From: an uncultured Chloroflexia bacterium
Lineage (GTDB): Bacteria > Chloroflexota > Limnocylindria > Limnocylindrales > CSP1-4
NCBI GenBank assembly: GCA_963757865.1
Contig: CAVWSU010000021.1
Coordinates: forward strand, 256,522-320,521
DNA length: 64,000 bases
Direction of reading: 5' to 3'
Of the stretch, positions 26,830 to 34,728 are shown piece after piece (the first letter of the stretch is position 1; each line of letters starts with the position of its first letter). The notes beneath the pieces were generated by a model. The model saw only the letters and a program-made list of their open reading frames with translations. It did no database searches and was not told the DNA's origin. The position numbers and the translations under genes are program-made.

Positions 26830-28425
26830 GTGACCATGCAGCCGCCCGCCCCCCGCCCGCCCTCTGCCGCCCGCGCCGTCCTGGCCGGGCTGGTGGCCGC
26901 CGCGGTGGGGATGGGCACCGGCGAGCTCGTGGGCGGCCTCGTGCCCGGCGCCACCTCGCCCGTGGTGGCCATCGGCAGCCTCGTCATCGCCCTCCAGCCG
27001 CCGGGGGCCAAGGACCTCATGACGACGCTCTTCGGGAGCGCCGACAAGACCGCCCTCGGCGTCGCCGTGGTGGCGGTGGGCCTGGCCTTCGGGGCCCTGG
27101 CGGGGTTCCTCGGGCGGCATGCCTTCGGACCCGCCTGGCGCCTGCTCGCCGGGGTGGGCGTCCTCTGCCTCGGGGCGGCCCTCGTGGAGCCCCTCGACGC
27201 GGCCCTCCCGGCGCTGCTCGACGTGGCCCTCGCCACGGGCGCCGCCATCCTCTGCCTGCGCCTGCTGCTCGCCTGGGCGGGCTGCCTGCCGCCGCTCGGA
27301 GCATGGGCCCTGGGGCGCCGGGACGGGGGCACGACCCCGCCACCCGGCCTGCCCGATCCCGGGCGGCGGCGCTTCCTGCTGCGCGCGGGGGCCCTGGCCG
27401 GCGTGGCGCTCCTGGGCGGCTCACTCGGACGCTGGCTGCTCGAGCGGAGCCATCCGGCGGGAACGCCGGTGGCGGCCGTGCTGCCCGTGCCGGCCGAGGT
27501 CGTGGCGCCGCTCGGCCCGGGGGCCTCGCTGGCGGCCCCCGGCATCACCCCCCTCGTGGTGGCGACCGATCGCTTCTACCGCATCGACACCGAGCTGCTC
27601 GTGCCGCAGGTCGATGCCGCGAGCTGGTCCCTGAAGGTCGATGGGATGGTCGACCATGCCCTCGTCTTCAGCTATGCCGAGCTCCTCGCCCTGCCCCTCT
27701 TCGAGCAGTACGTGACGATCGCCTGCGTGAGCAACACGGTGGGCGGCAACCTCGTGGGCAACGCGCGCTGGACGGGGGTGCACCTGAAGGCGATCCTCGC
27801 CGAGGCCGGGGTGCGGCCCGGGGCGAGCCAGGTGGTGGGCCGCGCGGTGGACGGCTTCACGGTGGGCTTCCCCACCGCCTGGGCCCTCGATCCGGCGCGC
27901 GAGCCGATGATCGCCCTGGGCATGAACGGGGCCCCCCTGCCCCCCGAGCACGGCTATCCCGCGCGCCTCATCGTGCCCGGGCTCTACGGCTACGTCTCGG
28001 CCACCAAGTGGCTGTCGGAGATCGAGCTCACCACGCTCGCCGCCTTCGACGCCTACTGGGTGCGCCTGGGCTGGGCCAAGGAGGGCCCCATCCTCACCCA
28101 GTCGCGCATCGACCATCCGGGCCCGGGGGCCTCGCTCGCCGCGGGGCGGGTCATCGTCGACGGCCTGGCCTGGGCCCCCGATCGGGGCATCTCGCGGGTC
28201 GAGGTGCGCGTCGACGGGGGCGCCTGGCAGGCGGCGCAGCTCGGGCGCGCCCTCTCGCGGGCCACCTGGGTGCAGTGGCTGGCGCCCTGGCAGGCCACCC
28301 CGGGCGACCACCTGCTCGAGGTGCGCGCCACCGACGGCACGGGCGCCGTGCAGACGGCCACCCGTGGCGGCCCCGCTCCGGCCGGGGCGACCGGGTATGA
28401 CCAGGTGGCGGTCTCGGTGCACTGA
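26830..28425 (+). CDS. Membrane-anchored molybdopterin-dependent oxidoreductase (sulfite-oxidase fold).
   Basis: The N-terminal half has multiple TM helices. The Mo-ligand Cys context is 'YVTIACVSNTVGGN', with 'HGYPARLIVPGLYGYVSATKWL'. Codon usage differs visibly from the neighbours. Confidence 0.85.
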   Translation: MTMQPPAPRPPSAARAVLAGLVAAAVGMGTGELVGGLVPGATSPVVAIGSLVIALQPPGAKDLMTTLFGSADKTALGVAVVAVGLAFGALAGFLGRHAFGPAWRLLAGVGVLCLGAALVEPLDAALPALLDVALATGAAILCLRLLLAWAGCLPPLGAWALGRRDGGTTPPPGLPDPGRRRFLLRAGALAGVALLGGSLGRWLLERSHPAGTPVAAVLPVPAEVVAPLGPGASLAAPGITPLVVATDRFYRIDTELLVPQVDAASWSLKVDGMVDHALVFSYAELLALPLFEQYVTIACVSNTVGGNLVGNARWTGVHLKAILAEAGVRPGASQVVGRAVDGFTVGFPTAWALDPAREPMIALGMNGAPLPPEHGYPARLIVPGLYGYVSATKWLSEIELTTLAAFDAYWVRLGWAKEGPILTQSRIDHPGPGASLAAGRVIVDGLAWAPDRGISRVEVRVDGGAWQAAQLGRALSRATWVQWLAPWQATPGDHLLEVRATDGTGAVQTATRGGPAPAGATGYDQVAVSVH

Positions 28426-28785
28426 GGGGAGGCGGGACGTGCTCGGGGTCGCGAGCCGCGTGCCTGACGGCGAGCCACGTGCCGGACAGGCGACTGCGAC
28501 CGCAGCCTGTGGCTCCGCTCTCTTTCCTGCAGATCACGTCGGCAGGGAAACGTATGTCGAGTCGGGGCGGGCCGCAGCGGGTCCGGATTGCCGGGAGCCG
28601 CGTTTCGCGGGTCGATCCGAACGTGGGCACGCACGAAGGCGGGGCGCAGGACCGGGGCTGAGATCCGGTGCCGGCCCGCGGCGACCTCGAAATCAGACAT
28701 ACGGTTCTGCAGGAGAGGGAATTGCAGGAAAGGCGCGCGGCGGGGCGTCCGGCCGTGGGCGCGGCACGGTGTTGGCGCGCGGACC

Positions 28786-28827
28786 GCGGCGCTGGATCGC
28801 CGCCCCGCGGCGCTGGATCGCGGCCCC
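28786..28827. repeat. 21-nt tandem repeat x2 (plus a degenerate third copy) in a convergent spacer.
   Basis: 'gcggcgctggatcgc(c/g)gcccc' at 28786-28806 and 28807-28827. Confidence 0.85.
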
Positions 28828-28850
28828 GCGGCGCGGCTGGAGCGCGGCGC

Positions 28851-28886
28851 GCGCCGGGTCCTACCGCGCCGGGTCCTACCGCGCCG
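28851..28886. repeat. 15-nt tandem repeat x2.4 immediately 3' of the nucleoside hydrolase stop.
   Basis: 'gcgccgggtcctacc' at 28851-28865 and 28866-28880, with a partial copy to 28886. Confidence 0.85.
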
Positions 28887-28889
28887 CTA

Positions 28890-29843
28890 CTACTGGCTGC
28901 GGGCGAACGTCTCGAGCAGCATCGCGGCGAACCTGCGCTCGTCCGCGTCGAACGCCACGTCGGCGTTGGGCTCGTGCGGGCCGCGCCGATGCGTGTCGAT
29001 CACGGTACGCCCGACCGTCAGCTCGCCATGCGTCTCCACGTCCACGTGGCATCGGCGTGTCGTGATGATCGATCGATCCACGATCGCCGCGATACAGAGG
29101 GCGTCGTGCACCGGCGCGCTGTGCGGCCGGTCCATCGGCTGGCCAGCGTCGTAACCGTGGATTCGGCGCTCGATGAACGCCGCGGAAGCCTGGCCGGCCG
29201 GGGTTCCGAGAGCCCGCATGGCCGCACAATCGTCGAGCGATATGAGGGCGCGGTGGGTCGCGTCGAGCGGCACCAGCGTGATCCGGCGCACCCCGCTGGT
29301 CAGCACCACGCGGGCGGCCTCCGGGTCGGCCCAGATGTTGAACTCGGCCGACGGCGTCACGTTTCCGACCTCGTGGCCGCCTCCCATGATGACCATCTCG
29401 GGGATCCTGTCGGCGAGACGCGGTTCCAGGCTCAGGGCGGCGCCCACGTTGCTCAACGGGCCCGTCGGCACCAGGATGATCTCGTCCGTCGTCGACATGT
29501 ACGTGTCGATGAGGAACTCGACGGCACCCTGGTCGCGGGGACGGGACGTGGACGGCGGGATGTCCAGGTACCGGCCGTGGACGTCGATGTGTCCCGATCG
29601 ATCCTCCCGGGGGCGCGGGAAGTCGTGTCGCACGAGAGGCTGTGCGAGCCCGGCGTGGACGGGAATCGACGCGCCGAGGAGGTCGAAGACGCGCAGCGTG
29701 TTCTCCGTGGTCAACTCGAGGGGAACGTTCCCGTTCACCGTCGTCGCCGCGACGAGCTCGATGTCGGGGTGCAGCGCCGCGAGCATCAGCGCAACGGCAT
29801 CGTCGGTTCCGGTATCCACGTCGAGGATCACGCGCTGGGCCAC
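28890..29843 (-). CDS. Nucleoside hydrolase (IU-NH family).
   Basis: The GTG start follows 'gaaggaggggg'. The N-terminal motif is 'VILDVDTGTDDAVALMLA', with 'NIWADPEAA'. Confidence 0.9.
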   Translation of the reverse strand: MAQRVILDVDTGTDDAVALMLAALHPDIELVAATTVNGNVPLELTTENTLRVFDLLGASIPVHAGLAQPLVRHDFPRPREDRSGHIDVHGRYLDIPPSTSRPRDQGAVEFLIDTYMSTTDEIILVPTGPLSNVGAALSLEPRLADRIPEMVIMGGGHEVGNVTPSAEFNIWADPEAARVVLTSGVRRITLVPLDATHRALISLDDCAAMRALGTPAGQASAAFIERRIHGYDAGQPMDRPHSAPVHDALCIAAIVDRSIITTRRCHVDVETHGELTVGRTVIDTHRRGPHEPNADVAFDADERRFAAMLLETFARSQ

Positions 29844-30112
29844 GGCCCCCTCCTTCTGTGCTCCGATGCATGCCCGGCGCCGCCCGAGACCAGGCTCCGC
29901 GTGGAGAGGCTACCCGGTAACCGGCGTCGTCGCCCGGAAGGTCGACGCCGCGACGCCAGGCGTGCCCTCGGAGTTCCCGGGCGTCCGTCCGACCGCGGCG
30001 TCCTCCGGACACCGGGCGGCCATCCGTGAAGCCCCGGCGCCGTCCACCATCGGCGTTGACGCCACGCACCGACGCCGTCACAGACGCCCAGACTTGCGCG
30101 TTCTGAAGGTTG

Positions 30113-30171
30113 CGCGAAGGACCGACCACTCCGCCGCGCTCGGCGGTGACAGGCACGGTCGGTCCTTCGCG
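30113..30171. other. Nested stem-loop: a 15-bp perfect inverted repeat enclosing a 6-bp hairpin, in a 466-nt divergent intergenic region.
   Basis: The outer arms are 'cgcgaaggaccgacc' (30113-30127) and 'ggtcggtccttcgcg' (30157-30171). The inner hairpin is 'ccgccg-cgct-cggcgg' (30131-30146). Confidence 0.6.
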
Positions 30172-30309
30172 ATGCCCGCGTGCGGTGGCTCCGGCACAGG
30201 GCACCCGCCGGACTCCACTGCCCGGATGGCCGGCGCGCCCGGCATGGACGCGTGCAGGCCCTTCCGCCACGCTTGACGGCGGGACCGGCGGCAGCGACGC
30301 TGCGTCGAT

Positions 30310-30909
30310 ATGGATACCACCCTGCCTCTGCTCGATCCGCCTTCGAGCGCGCTCGTCCTGATCGACCTCCAGGCCGGGATCGTTGCCCGTGACACGGCGC
30401 CGCTGCCCGCGCGCGACGTCGTCCGCCAGGCGGTCCTGCTCGCCAGGACCAGCAGGCGTGTCGGCGCGCTCGTCGTGCTCGTCCACGTCGTGGCGACGCC
30501 CGGCCGGCCCGATGCTCTGCATCCGCGTGCCGATGAGGCCCCTCCTGCCACGGCGACGCTGCCGCCCGGTTGGTCCGACATCGTTCCCGAACTCGGACCG
30601 GAGGAGGGCGACGTGGTGATCGCGAAGCGCCAGTGGGGCGCGTTCTACGGCACCGACCTGGACCTGCAGCTTCGCCGGCGTCGCATCGAGACGATCGTGC
30701 TCGCCGGCATCTCGACGAACATCGGCGTCGAGTCCACGGCGCGCGATGCCTACGAGCGCGGGTACCAGCTGGTCTTCGCCTCGGACGCGATGGCGGCGAG
30801 TACGGAGGCCGACCATCGGCAGACGGTCACGAGGATCTTCCCGCGGATCGGGCGGGTCCGGGATACCGCCCGGATCGTCGCCGCGCTCGGCGGTCGCGAG
30901 GCGAGCTGA
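30310..30909 (+). CDS. Isochorismatase-family hydrolase with Gly at the usual nucleophile Cys position.
   Basis: 'ALVLIDLQ' (Asp), 'VVIAKRQWGAFYGTDL' (Lys) and 'LAGISTNIGVESTARDAYERGY' are present. The last would be ...NICVES... in cysteine hydrolases. Confidence 0.8.
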   Translation: MDTTLPLLDPPSSALVLIDLQAGIVARDTAPLPARDVVRQAVLLARTSRRVGALVVLVHVVATPGRPDALHPRADEAPPATATLPPGWSDIVPELGPEEGDVVIAKRQWGAFYGTDLDLQLRRRRIETIVLAGISTNIGVESTARDAYERGYQLVFASDAMAASTEADHRQTVTRIFPRIGRVRDTARIVAALGGREAS

Positions 30910-30985
30910 CCGAAATCAGCGGGATCCGGGCCGCCGGATCGTCGCCGCGGTCGGCGGTCGCGAGGCGAACTGACCGAAATCAGCG
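30851..30985 (+). repeat. Tandem duplication (period 64 nt) of the 3' end of the isochorismatase-like gene, including its stop codon.
   Basis: Copies at 30870-30921 and 30934-30985 are 52 nt long with 2 mismatches, 'ccggatcgtcgccgcg(c/g)tcggcggtcgcgaggcga(g/a)ctgaccgaaatcagcg'. Weaker similarity extends 5' to about 30851. Confidence 0.85.
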
Positions 30986-31339
30986 CCCGCCGATGGCGAC
31001 CGCGTCAGTGCCGAACGAGGGAGCCACCGTCGACGTGTGCGTCGACCCCTCCACCGAGTAGTGCTGAACCTCGAGGTCCTGCACGCGCTCACCGATGCCT
31101 TCGAGCAGCGCCGCGTCCCAGAGCAGGTCCTGCCCCCCTACGGCGTGATAGATCGACTCGAGATCCCGCCACGTGGACGTGACGAGCAGGCTGCTCCCCT
31201 GCTCGTCCTCCTGGACGCCCCAGCACGCGTCGAGCAGCCCGTCCGGGCGCGCTTCGATCAGCGCGCGCACGCGCTGCAGAAGCTCGGGCGCGTCGCGGTG
31301 CGAGAGGCGCGCTCGCATGACGCGGAGGATCACATGCAC
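30980..31339 (-). CDS. Small ABM/Dabb-fold-like protein (putative monooxygenase-like). The start is uncertain; the ORF is open to 31408.
   Basis: 'VILRVMRARLSHRDAPELLQRVRALIEARPDGLLDACWGVQEDEQGSSLLVTSTWRDLESIY' resembles an ABM-domain beta-alpha-beta pattern. This is judged by eye only. Confidence 0.35.
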   Translation of the reverse strand: MHVILRVMRARLSHRDAPELLQRVRALIEARPDGLLDACWGVQEDEQGSSLLVTSTWRDLESIYHAVGGQDLLWDAALLEGIGERVQDLEVQHYSVEGSTHTSTVAPSFGTDAVAIGGR

Positions 31340-31577
31340 CTCGAGATGACACCGGCGTTGTCGAATGAGAGCGGCCGCATTCTGGCAGGCAGGGTGTAGC
31401 AGGCGCACAACAGCGGGCGGGGTCCGCGACGGATCGGGGAGAATCGATGGCTACCGGTGCTCGCGCGCACCACGCGGCGGGCCGGTGGCCCCTGGCTCGA
31501 TCGGTTCCGCGCCTCCCGACCCCGCGATCGGCGCCTCGGCACGGGCGTCGGACCGCTCAGGGGACTCGCGCGCGAGA

Positions 31578-32150
31578 TCAGCCCCTGGCGGGAACCTGGC
31601 AGGCTCCGCCGGTCGAGAGCATGCGAAGCCGCCACCCCAGCGTGATCGCCAGCATCCCGATCGACGCGGCACCGATGAACGGCTGCATCGGAGCGAACAC
31701 CGTCAGCGCGCCGCTGGCCCCCAGCAGCACGAGCGCGATCTTGTTGCAGACCGGGCAGCCGATGGCGATGAACGCGGCCATCCCGCCGATCGTGGCCGTC
31801 GTCGTCCCTCGCGCCTCCGCGGAGGCGGCGGCGGGCTGCAGGGGGATGGTCGGCGCGGCCGACGCGGAGGCCTCACTGGGCCGCCAGCCGTACGTCGCCG
31901 CGACGAGACCCATCAGGGGCGCCGACAGGATCCAGATCGCGATCGCGAACGGCTCCGGTGGGATGCTGCGCCCGAAGACGGGGTTGGGGATGATGGCCGC
32001 CACCACGCCGAACGCCAGGAACGTGGCGATGCTCCAGGCCACGGCGCGGACCAGGAACGCCCGATCCACGATGGCCGGCAGCGATCCGACGACCTCGCGT
32101 CCGGCGGACGCCACGCGGCAGGCCGCCGCGATCGGCGGGCAGCCGTTCAC
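31578..32150 (-). CDS. Four-TM membrane protein with an intramembrane CPVC motif.
   Basis: 'MAAFIAIGCPVCNKIALVLLGASGALTVF', with further TM helices and N-terminal Cys residues. It is the last gene of the ArsR-led gene string. Confidence 0.55.
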   Translation of the reverse strand: MNGCPPIAAACRVASAGREVVGSLPAIVDRAFLVRAVAWSIATFLAFGVVAAIIPNPVFGRSIPPEPFAIAIWILSAPLMGLVAATYGWRPSEASASAAPTIPLQPAAASAEARGTTTATIGGMAAFIAIGCPVCNKIALVLLGASGALTVFAPMQPFIGAASIGMLAITLGWRLRMLSTGGACQVPARG

Positions 32151-32243
32151 CGGCCACTCCGGGTCCGCGCCGGACCGTCGCCGGCCGGTCTCATCCCGGC
32201 GACCATGCCGAGGAACGTGTCGGCCATCGGACGCGCAGGCCGA

Positions 32244-32543
32244 TCAGGCGGCGGCGACGGCGACCGGCGTCTCGCGGAGGATCGCGAGCAGCTCGGTGGA
32301 GTCGATGATGAGGTGGTCCTCCGCCTCGAGGCGGATCTCGGTGCCGGTGTACTTGGGGTACAGGACGTGGTCGCCGACGCTCACCTTGATCGTCTCGGTG
32401 TCGTCGCCGATCGCCATCACCTCGCCGCGCTGCGGCTTCTCCTTGGCCGTGTCGGGGAGCAGGATCCCCGACTTCGTCACGCTTTCTTCCGGGAGGACGC
32501 GGACGAGCACGCGGCTGCCGAGGGGCTGGACCTGGGTGGACAT
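32244..32543 (-). CDS. GroES/Cpn10 paralog (orphan, with a shortened roof hairpin).
   Basis: ATG 32543 follows 'ggagaa'. '[44 protein letters not shown]...VGDHVLYPKYTGTEI' is present. No groEL is adjacent. Confidence 0.8.
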   Translation of the reverse strand: MSTQVQPLGSRVLVRVLPEESVTKSGILLPDTAKEKPQRGEVMAIGDDTETIKVSVGDHVLYPKYTGTEIRLEAEDHLIIDSTELLAILRETPVAVAAA

Positions 32544-32607
32544 GCGATGGTTCTCCTCTGCTGGTGGCGTGAAGCGGGTGGCGTGCGTGGGTATGTCGGT
32601 CGGGTCG

Positions 32608-32883
32608 TCAGTGCACGGCGGGCCCGGCGCGCAGGCCGAGCAGCGTGTCGATCTTCGCCTGATCGAAGCCGACGATCGGACGTCCATCGATCTCGACGAC
32701 GGGCACGCCCATCTGGCCGGTCCGGCGGACGAGATCCCGAGCGGCAGACGGGTCGCGGCTGACGTCGATCTCCCGGAAGGGCACGCCACGCGTCCGGAGA
32801 TAGCTCTTCGCGCGGGTGCACCAGGGGCAGGTGGGGGTGGTGAAGACCAGGACGCGATGCGGCCGGGGCGTCGAGCCGGTCAC
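32608..32883 (-). CDS. Glutaredoxin-like protein (CPWC active site).
   Basis: GTG 32883 overlaps the DUF302 stop (GTGA). 'VLVFTTPTCPWCTRAKSYLRTRGVPFREIDV ... GVPVVEIDGRPIVGFD' is present. Confidence 0.8.
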   Translation of the reverse strand: MTGSTPRPHRVLVFTTPTCPWCTRAKSYLRTRGVPFREIDVSRDPSAARDLVRRTGQMGVPVVEIDGRPIVGFDQAKIDTLLGLRAGPAVH

Positions 32884-33287
32884 GCCCGCGCCTCCAGGGC
32901 CGCAACCACGCGCTGCAGCCTCTCGCGGGCGTCCGCGGCCACGTCGCGGACCCGCCCATCGTCCACGACCCCCATCGCGGCAGCCGGGTCGAGCACCTCG
33001 ACGATCGTGTCGCCGGCTTCCTCGCGGAGCACGACGTTGCAGGGCAGGAGCGCCCCGATCGACGCGTCGGCCTCGATCGCGCGATGGGCCAGCGGGGGAT
33101 TGCAGGCGCCGAGGATGAGGTACGGGGCGCGGTCGATGCCGAGCTTCGCCTTCATCGTCGCGGCGACGTCGATCTCGGTCAGGACGCCGAACCCCTCCGC
33201 CTTCAGCGCGGCCTCGACGAGTGGCCGCGCCTGCGCGACGGTGCCGCCGAGCCTGGTTTCGAAGGTGTACCTGGTGCCGATGGTCAT
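32880..33287 (-). CDS. DUF302 domain protein.
   Basis: 'VEAALKAEGFGVLTEIDVAATMKAKLGIDRAPYLILGACNPPLAHRAI ... LPCNVVL'. It overlaps the arsR-like stop by 4 nt. Confidence 0.8.
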   Translation of the reverse strand: MTIGTRYTFETRLGGTVAQARPLVEAALKAEGFGVLTEIDVAATMKAKLGIDRAPYLILGACNPPLAHRAIEADASIGALLPCNVVLREEAGDTIVEVLDPAAAMGVVDDGRVRDVAADARERLQRVVAALEARA

Positions 33288-33646
33288 GATGCGGAACTCC
33301 GTGCCTCTGCTGCGAATGCGGGCTCGAGCGTGGATCGACGCTGGTCTTCCTGGATGCGGCGCACGACGAGCCGGTCGATGATTCGGCAGGCGTCGACGAT
33401 CTCGGGCTCGCCCAGCCGGTAGAGCACGCTCGTGCCCTCGCGGCGGGTGGCCACGATCCCCGCGTGCCGCATGACACCGAGGTGCTGGCTGGCGTTCGCC
33501 AGGGTGATCTCAAGGGCCGCGGCCAGCTCCCCGACGGATCGCTCGCCAACGGCCAGGGCATCGATCAGCATGAGGCGCTTGGGATCCGTCAGGACCCTGC
33601 ACACCTCGGCGTGCCGGCGATACCGATCGGCCTCTCGCTCGTCCAT
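33284..33646 (-). CDS. ArsR/SmtB-family metalloregulator-type repressor.
   Basis: 'CRVLTDPKRLMLIDALAVGERSVGELAAALEITLANASQHLGVMRHAGIVATRREGTSVLYRL'. An AT-richer stretch containing 'TTGCGCAA' lies upstream at about 33715-33750. Confidence 0.9.
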   Translation of the reverse strand: MDEREADRYRRHAEVCRVLTDPKRLMLIDALAVGERSVGELAAALEITLANASQHLGVMRHAGIVATRREGTSVLYRLGEPEIVDACRIIDRLVVRRIQEDQRRSTLEPAFAAEARSSAS

Positions 33647-33845
33647 GCGCCTCGCGCCTGTCCGTCATCGTCCGCGGCCGCGTTCGTCGCGGCGGTCGAT
33701 CCGACGGCCGGATGGTAGTCGATATTGCATGGTTGCGCAAGTAGATGAGGATCGGATCGCCTGACGACTGCCGGTGGCGGCGGTGCGCGGGACCGTCCTC
33801 GGGAGATGGCGGCTCGCGCGACTCGGAGCCGCCTCGCGTCCTCCC

Positions 33846-34361
33846 TCAGACCGGGACGGACACCGTCCGAACGCCGGGGAAGTAGACCACGTCCTGTTCC
33901 CGCGCCACGATCCAGTCGGCGAGCAACCCGTTGACGAGGAGAGTGCCCACGTCGTGCATCTCCAGCTGGCCTCCGCTCATGTAGGCGATGGTGGCACGGG
34001 TGAGCGGGACCATCGCGCCGCGGTGCGCGAGACTGCTGAGGGGCGCGATCCCGGGATACGTGTGCAGTTCACCCAGCACGCCGTAGGGGCCGAGCTGGAC
34101 GTGCATGCGGTGGCGCACCGTGTGCACCCGGCGGGATCGGCCGGCGGAGGGGTCGGTCGCTTCGACCGCGTACAGCTCGTCGCGGCTCAGCTCGACGCGG
34201 TCCCTCATCACGCGATGGCCGTCGTCGAGGCTCTCCAGCACGGCGTTGTGCAGCACGATCACGTCCGATTCGTTCAGCGTGTCCGTCAGCCGCTGTGTCG
34301 TGGTGTCGAGCGTGGCCGAGACCCGGCAGTCCCCCGCGTAGCCGGCAAATCGGATCTGCAT
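33846..34361 (-). CDS. Hypothetical protein (171 aa) of unknown function.
   Basis: ATG 34361 has 'ggaggg' 4 nt upstream. The composition is balanced: 'MQIRFAGYAGDCRVSATLD...GELHTYPGIAPLSSL...'. The longer ORF to 34538 adds an Arg/Pro-rich leader. Confidence 0.5.
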   Translation of the reverse strand: MQIRFAGYAGDCRVSATLDTTTQRLTDTLNESDVIVLHNAVLESLDDGHRVMRDRVELSRDELYAVEATDPSAGRSRRVHTVRHRMHVQLGPYGVLGELHTYPGIAPLSSLAHRGAMVPLTRATIAYMSGGQLEMHDVGTLLVNGLLADWIVAREQDVVYFPGVRTVSVPV

Positions 34362-34678
34362 CCGTCCCTCCAGGTACCGGACTGCAGTCTCGCCACTGGG
34401 GCACGCCGTTCCATCCCCCCACTGGTACCGGCGCGGCATGGGACGGTAGGGCGGAGCCGCTGCGGCGTCCGACGCATGGATTGGGGCGGCCTGCCGGGGG
34501 CGGGCGGCCACCACGGGCCGGCGAGCACGTCGGGGCACGGGTTCCTGCGCACCCGCGCCCCGACGGTCCCGACAGGATCGCGCGGGGCGCTGAAGGAGTC
34601 CTGAAGGGCCGGACCCGAATGCAGGGTGCCGGATCGCATCGGAGGGCCGAAACCGACCGGAGGACCGGAGCCGAACGC

Positions 34679-34701
34679 AGGGTGCCGGATCAGAGCACCC
34701 T
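34679..34701 (-). terminator. Hairpin 28 nt downstream of the dnaE stop.
   Basis: 'agggtgc-cggatcaga-gcaccct', a 7-bp stem. Confidence 0.4.
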
Positions 34702-34728
34702 CATCCGGCCGAGCTGTCGCGGCGAGGC

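Noticed and set aside
28640-28730. TPP-riboswitch-like fragments ('ggggCTGAGAtccgg ... ACCtcgaaatcaga ... ggagagGGAA').
   Set aside because: Only the CUGAGA and a loose 'AGGGA' match. The pyrimidine-sensing 'CCUGAUCYGG' helix is not reproduced, and no gene lies downstream on either strand. An Infernal scan would settle it.
28786-28886. Tandem repeats considered as a CRISPR array (also 2962-3054 and 30851-30985).
   Set aside because: The units are directly adjacent or separated by non-uniform short spacers, there are only 2-3 copies, and no cas genes are present.
29870-29925. 'ccggtaaccgg' palindrome resembling the LacI operator core (also 'gcaaccggttgc' at about 50012-50023).
   Set aside because: These are short (11-12 nt) GC-rich palindromes that are expected by chance in this composition. 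They lack the flanking TGT/ACA of the 25202-25217 operator.
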